From: Octopus sinensis
Lineage: Eukaryota
NCBI RefSeq assembly: GCF_006345805.1
Contig: NC_043010.1
Location: forward strand, 22,196,001 to 22,260,000
DNA: 64,000 nucleotides
Direction of reading: 5' to 3'
Position numbers and translations under genes: made by a program. The notes below the pieces were generated by a model. It saw nothing but the letters and a program-made list of their open reading frames with translations, was not told the DNA's origin and did not search any database. Positions 60,983 to 64,000 of this stretch are shown here, one piece after another; position 1 is the stretch's first letter, and the number at the start of each line of letters is the position of its first letter.

Positions 60983-61614
60983 AGGTACTGTGGAGATTAA
61001 AATGCGGTTATTTCCCTTTGAAAGAGTAATAGGCAACCTCATAATAGAGTGTGTATTTTTGCGCTCTTCATGTGATATACTGGACGAACTACAGATTATA
61101 TGAAAAAGGAAATGAGTTATATGGAAAACGAAATAAAGCAGAAATACTTTCACTAATATCAGTCCTAAGAAAACCAATTTCTTTCAGCTACTGGTTACTG
61201 TAATGGTTAATATTGCAAAAATACATTGAAATAGTGACTACATACATGGAGATATTGCTATGTCATTTATTAAACTTGACAGTGAATATTTGTATAGAGA
61301 AATACAGCCTTTCGTTCATTCTATGCGCTGTGTTCGGGAGAATATGTAATCCAGTAGTTGTTGCGGAAAGTTGCTTGCTCTCTATGTTGCAGGTTATCGA
61401 AATGTTTCGATAGCCTGCTGCCTATGAACTTTGTAAACAGCTTATAGAAAGAGAAATAAATGAAAGTATTGGCAGGAGACAGAACATAATGCCTGGTGGT
61501 TTTATTTCTGTTTCGGTTTCAAATCTTGTCGGCGCTTGATTTTGATTTTCACGTGACGTTCATAAAATTCTTTACTACTTTGGGTCCATAGCTAGCAATT
61601 TGGTGGGTGGGTAT

Positions 61615-61800
61615 CGTCTTAGTCGATAGCATCAATCCCAGTTCTTAACCGGGACTTTGTTTTAGCGACTTCAACAGGATGTAAAGTAAATGCGAGTTCG
61701 TTTTATTTTACCGTGAGACAAAGTTGACCTCGGTGGATCTCGAACTCAGAACCTGCAATGTCTGAACAAATGCAGTAAAGGGCTTTTTGAGAGCTCTAAT
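61615..61800 (-). mobile_element. Degenerate SINE family B copy
   Basis: GTTGACCTCGGTGGATCTCGAACTCAGAAC is a diverged reverse complement of the B-box region. Confidence 0.5.
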
Positions 61801-62158
61801 GATGCCTTTAGAAAAATCTAAATTAACAGTCACGCACTAAGTCGTTTTAATCGTCTGAACTTCTGCTTCGAATTCTAGAACATATAATCAACGTTTATCT
61901 CCAGATAAAAGGGCTTGTGATATTTAGTTACGTCCCTTTATTTTTTTAGTTCAGCTCCCACCGGGATTGATTTCACAGGACATGATTTCTATGTTGATAA
62001 AATCAGTGCCAGTCCATACTTATTCTTCCTGCTTCTTCTCCTCCTCTTTCCTAAGTCCTTAAGCCATCAAATCAACGACATTTTTGGTAAGCACTGTGTC
62101 TTTGTTGCCGCGTATTTATGGAAGAAGACAACGGTGATTTACTTTTGTCTTATTTCAG

Positions 62159-62464
62159 GTAGCTTTTGCGTTTTTTGTAAAAAACAGAAAAAGTTGGGAA
62201 AGAGAAGTGGGAAGAAATCACACAACTATTTGACTGTTACTTTATTTATCGATTCCGAAAGAAAGAGCAATAAATTTGATCACGACAGGATTTCAAACCA
62301 ACGAGCAAAGGGCCGCATGTTATTCTATCCGACGTCCTACTTAAAATTTGGAGAGGCTTGTCTTTTGCGGTGTATTCAAGATCAGACTTTAATAGAAGGA
62401 ACTAGCTTTTCTAATGGTGCAGCGATTGGTAAAAACACAACTTTGGTGGACGGAATGTATTGTG
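62159..62464 (+). CDS. Candidate 306-nt exon (G-SFCVFCKKQKKLGKR...NTTLVDGMYC-G; phase 1-1)
   Basis: Strong acceptor ttacttttgtcttatttcag| near the start, and donor TGTG|gtatgt just before the stop, of the non-repetitive 112-codon ORF 62134-62472; no family recognised. Confidence 0.45.
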
Positions 62465-63088
62465 GTATGTAGTTCTGGGCATCACCGCTTTGAGTTCGAA
62501 TTTGATTGGGTTATACTTTCAAAGCACTTAAGAAGTAATTAGTCGATAAATAATTTCGACAGTTAAAATACACTTCTTCAAAGTTTGCCGTTGTGAGAGG
62601 TATAGATGCTAATATTTCGGATCGGATCTTGCTCTTCAATGGCAGGCCATGGAGGAAACCGGAAGCGTAACGGATCAAATGTTTTGAGGTTCTTTACTTA
62701 AGCGCCTTTACATTATGTTTTCAAATCCCTCTCAGGTCGATTTAAGCTTCATCCTCTCAATGACCTTTTGCTATAAATATTGGTTAGAGACGATCTTAAT
62801 CTGCTAAAATTCTCTTAAAAATCTTCGACATTGTCTACCTGTCTCACTCTTTCTCCCCTTTTCTCTCTCTCTTTTCCCTGTCTCTCTGTCTCCCTCTCTT
62901 TCTCTCTCTCTCTCTTTCCTGCCTGTCTTTCACACACTCACTCACTCCACCGAGGCCAGCATTGTATTTAATTATTCCAGAGCCAATGAACTAAAGTACC
63001 AACACGTTTTTGGGAAGCGAGAATCGCCGATGTTTACCAACTAAACCCTCCCCTGAAGACTGATGGCCTAGTGACTATATTAGAAAAG

Positions 63089-63131
<43 letters not shown>

Positions 63132-63173
63132 ATTATTATTATTATTATCATTATTATTATTATTATTATTATT

Positions 63174-63716
63174 CAGTAGTTTTATTTTTATAGCGTGCTT
63201 TCACTTCACTACCGAGCGCAGCTCTGTGTGCCTTGGGTATGTGCTGTGATTTGTTGTGATGCTCTGAAGGTTATTGTATGGAAAGTGTTCTGCGTAGGAT
63301 GTGTGCAGTGCCTAGTAGTGCAATTTTCTGTATGTTATATGTGTTTGTAAGTCCTGGTGTTTTTTTGTTATGTATTTGTCTGAATATTTTTTTATCATGC
63401 CTAATGCACCTACTATGATAGGAATTGTTTCTGTTTTCAGATTCCACATTCTAGTTACCTCTATTTCCAGGTCTTTGTATTTTGAGAGTTTCTCCATTTC
63501 TTTTAGAGACACGTTGTCATCTGCCGGTATTGATACATCAATTAGAAAGCATTTTTTTCTTCATGATCTCTGACAACTATATCTGGTCTGCTGGCCTTAA
63601 TTTCTCTATCTGTGTGTATCGGCATATCCCAGAGTATGGTTGCTTTCTCGTTTTCTGTGACCTTCTCTGGTGTGTGCCTATACCATCTTTTTTCTGTTGT
63701 TATTCCATAATGTTGG

Positions 63717-63717
<1 letters not shown>
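63174..63717 (-). mobile_element. 5'-truncated R4/Dong-type element, same family as 26217-26668
   Basis: SLKEMEKLSKYKDLEIEVTRMWNLKTETIPIIVGALG; same 3' UTR (GAGCTGCGCTCGGTAGTGAA); (TAT)n at ~63088-63173 and 63718-63800. Confidence 0.92.
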
Positions 63718-63788
<71 letters not shown>

Positions 63789-63801
63789 CATTATTATTTA
63801 A

Positions 63802-64000
63802 GCCAGCGAGCTGGCAAAACCGTACGCACGCTAGACATAGTGCTTAGCGGTACTTCGACCGTCGCTACGTTCTATGTTCGAATACCACAGAGGTCGACTA
63901 TGCCTTTCATCCTGTCGATATCAATAAATTAAGTACCAGTGAAACAATGCGGTCGGTGTAATCGACTAGTCTCCTACCCTCAAAATTTCAGGCCTTGTGC
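63802..64000 (+). mobile_element. SINE family B copy (runs to the window edge)
   Basis: GCCAGCGAGCTGGCAAAACCG...GTTCGAATACCACAGAGGTCGACTATGCCTTTCATCC...AAGTACCAG. Confidence 0.85.

Overview
Repeat-saturated, AT-rich animal genomic DNA, most likely octopus (inferred from the tRNA-derived SINE families and extreme microsatellite load; not provable here). Most of the window is microsatellite plus transposon material. It holds one near-full-length decayed R4/Dong-type non-LTR retrotransposon (14131-18063) and six 5'-truncated relatives from several lineages, all beside (AAT)n-type triplet tracts. A 5'-truncated Tx1/L1-clade LINE sits in (GATA)n (53086-56424). A complete mariner is inserted into a SINE (19561-20755), and a foldback mariner derivative is nested in a palindromic MITE-like element (58940-59899). 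There is also a non-autonomous Helitron (46-430), a Penelope GIY-YIG remnant, several decayed minimal-hammerhead motifs, hAT and Tx1-ORF1 remnants, about 20 SINE copies of four families, and a ~770-bp tandem duplication. No intact recognisable cellular gene is present. Splice signals and frame-compatible phases suggest small plus-strand exons of an unidentified host gene (1901-6779; also 49704-49827, 60706-60738, 62159-62464). Most ORF-track entries are translations of simple repeats or antisense frames of transposons. Repeat boundaries are approximate unless TSD/TIR junctions are quoted.
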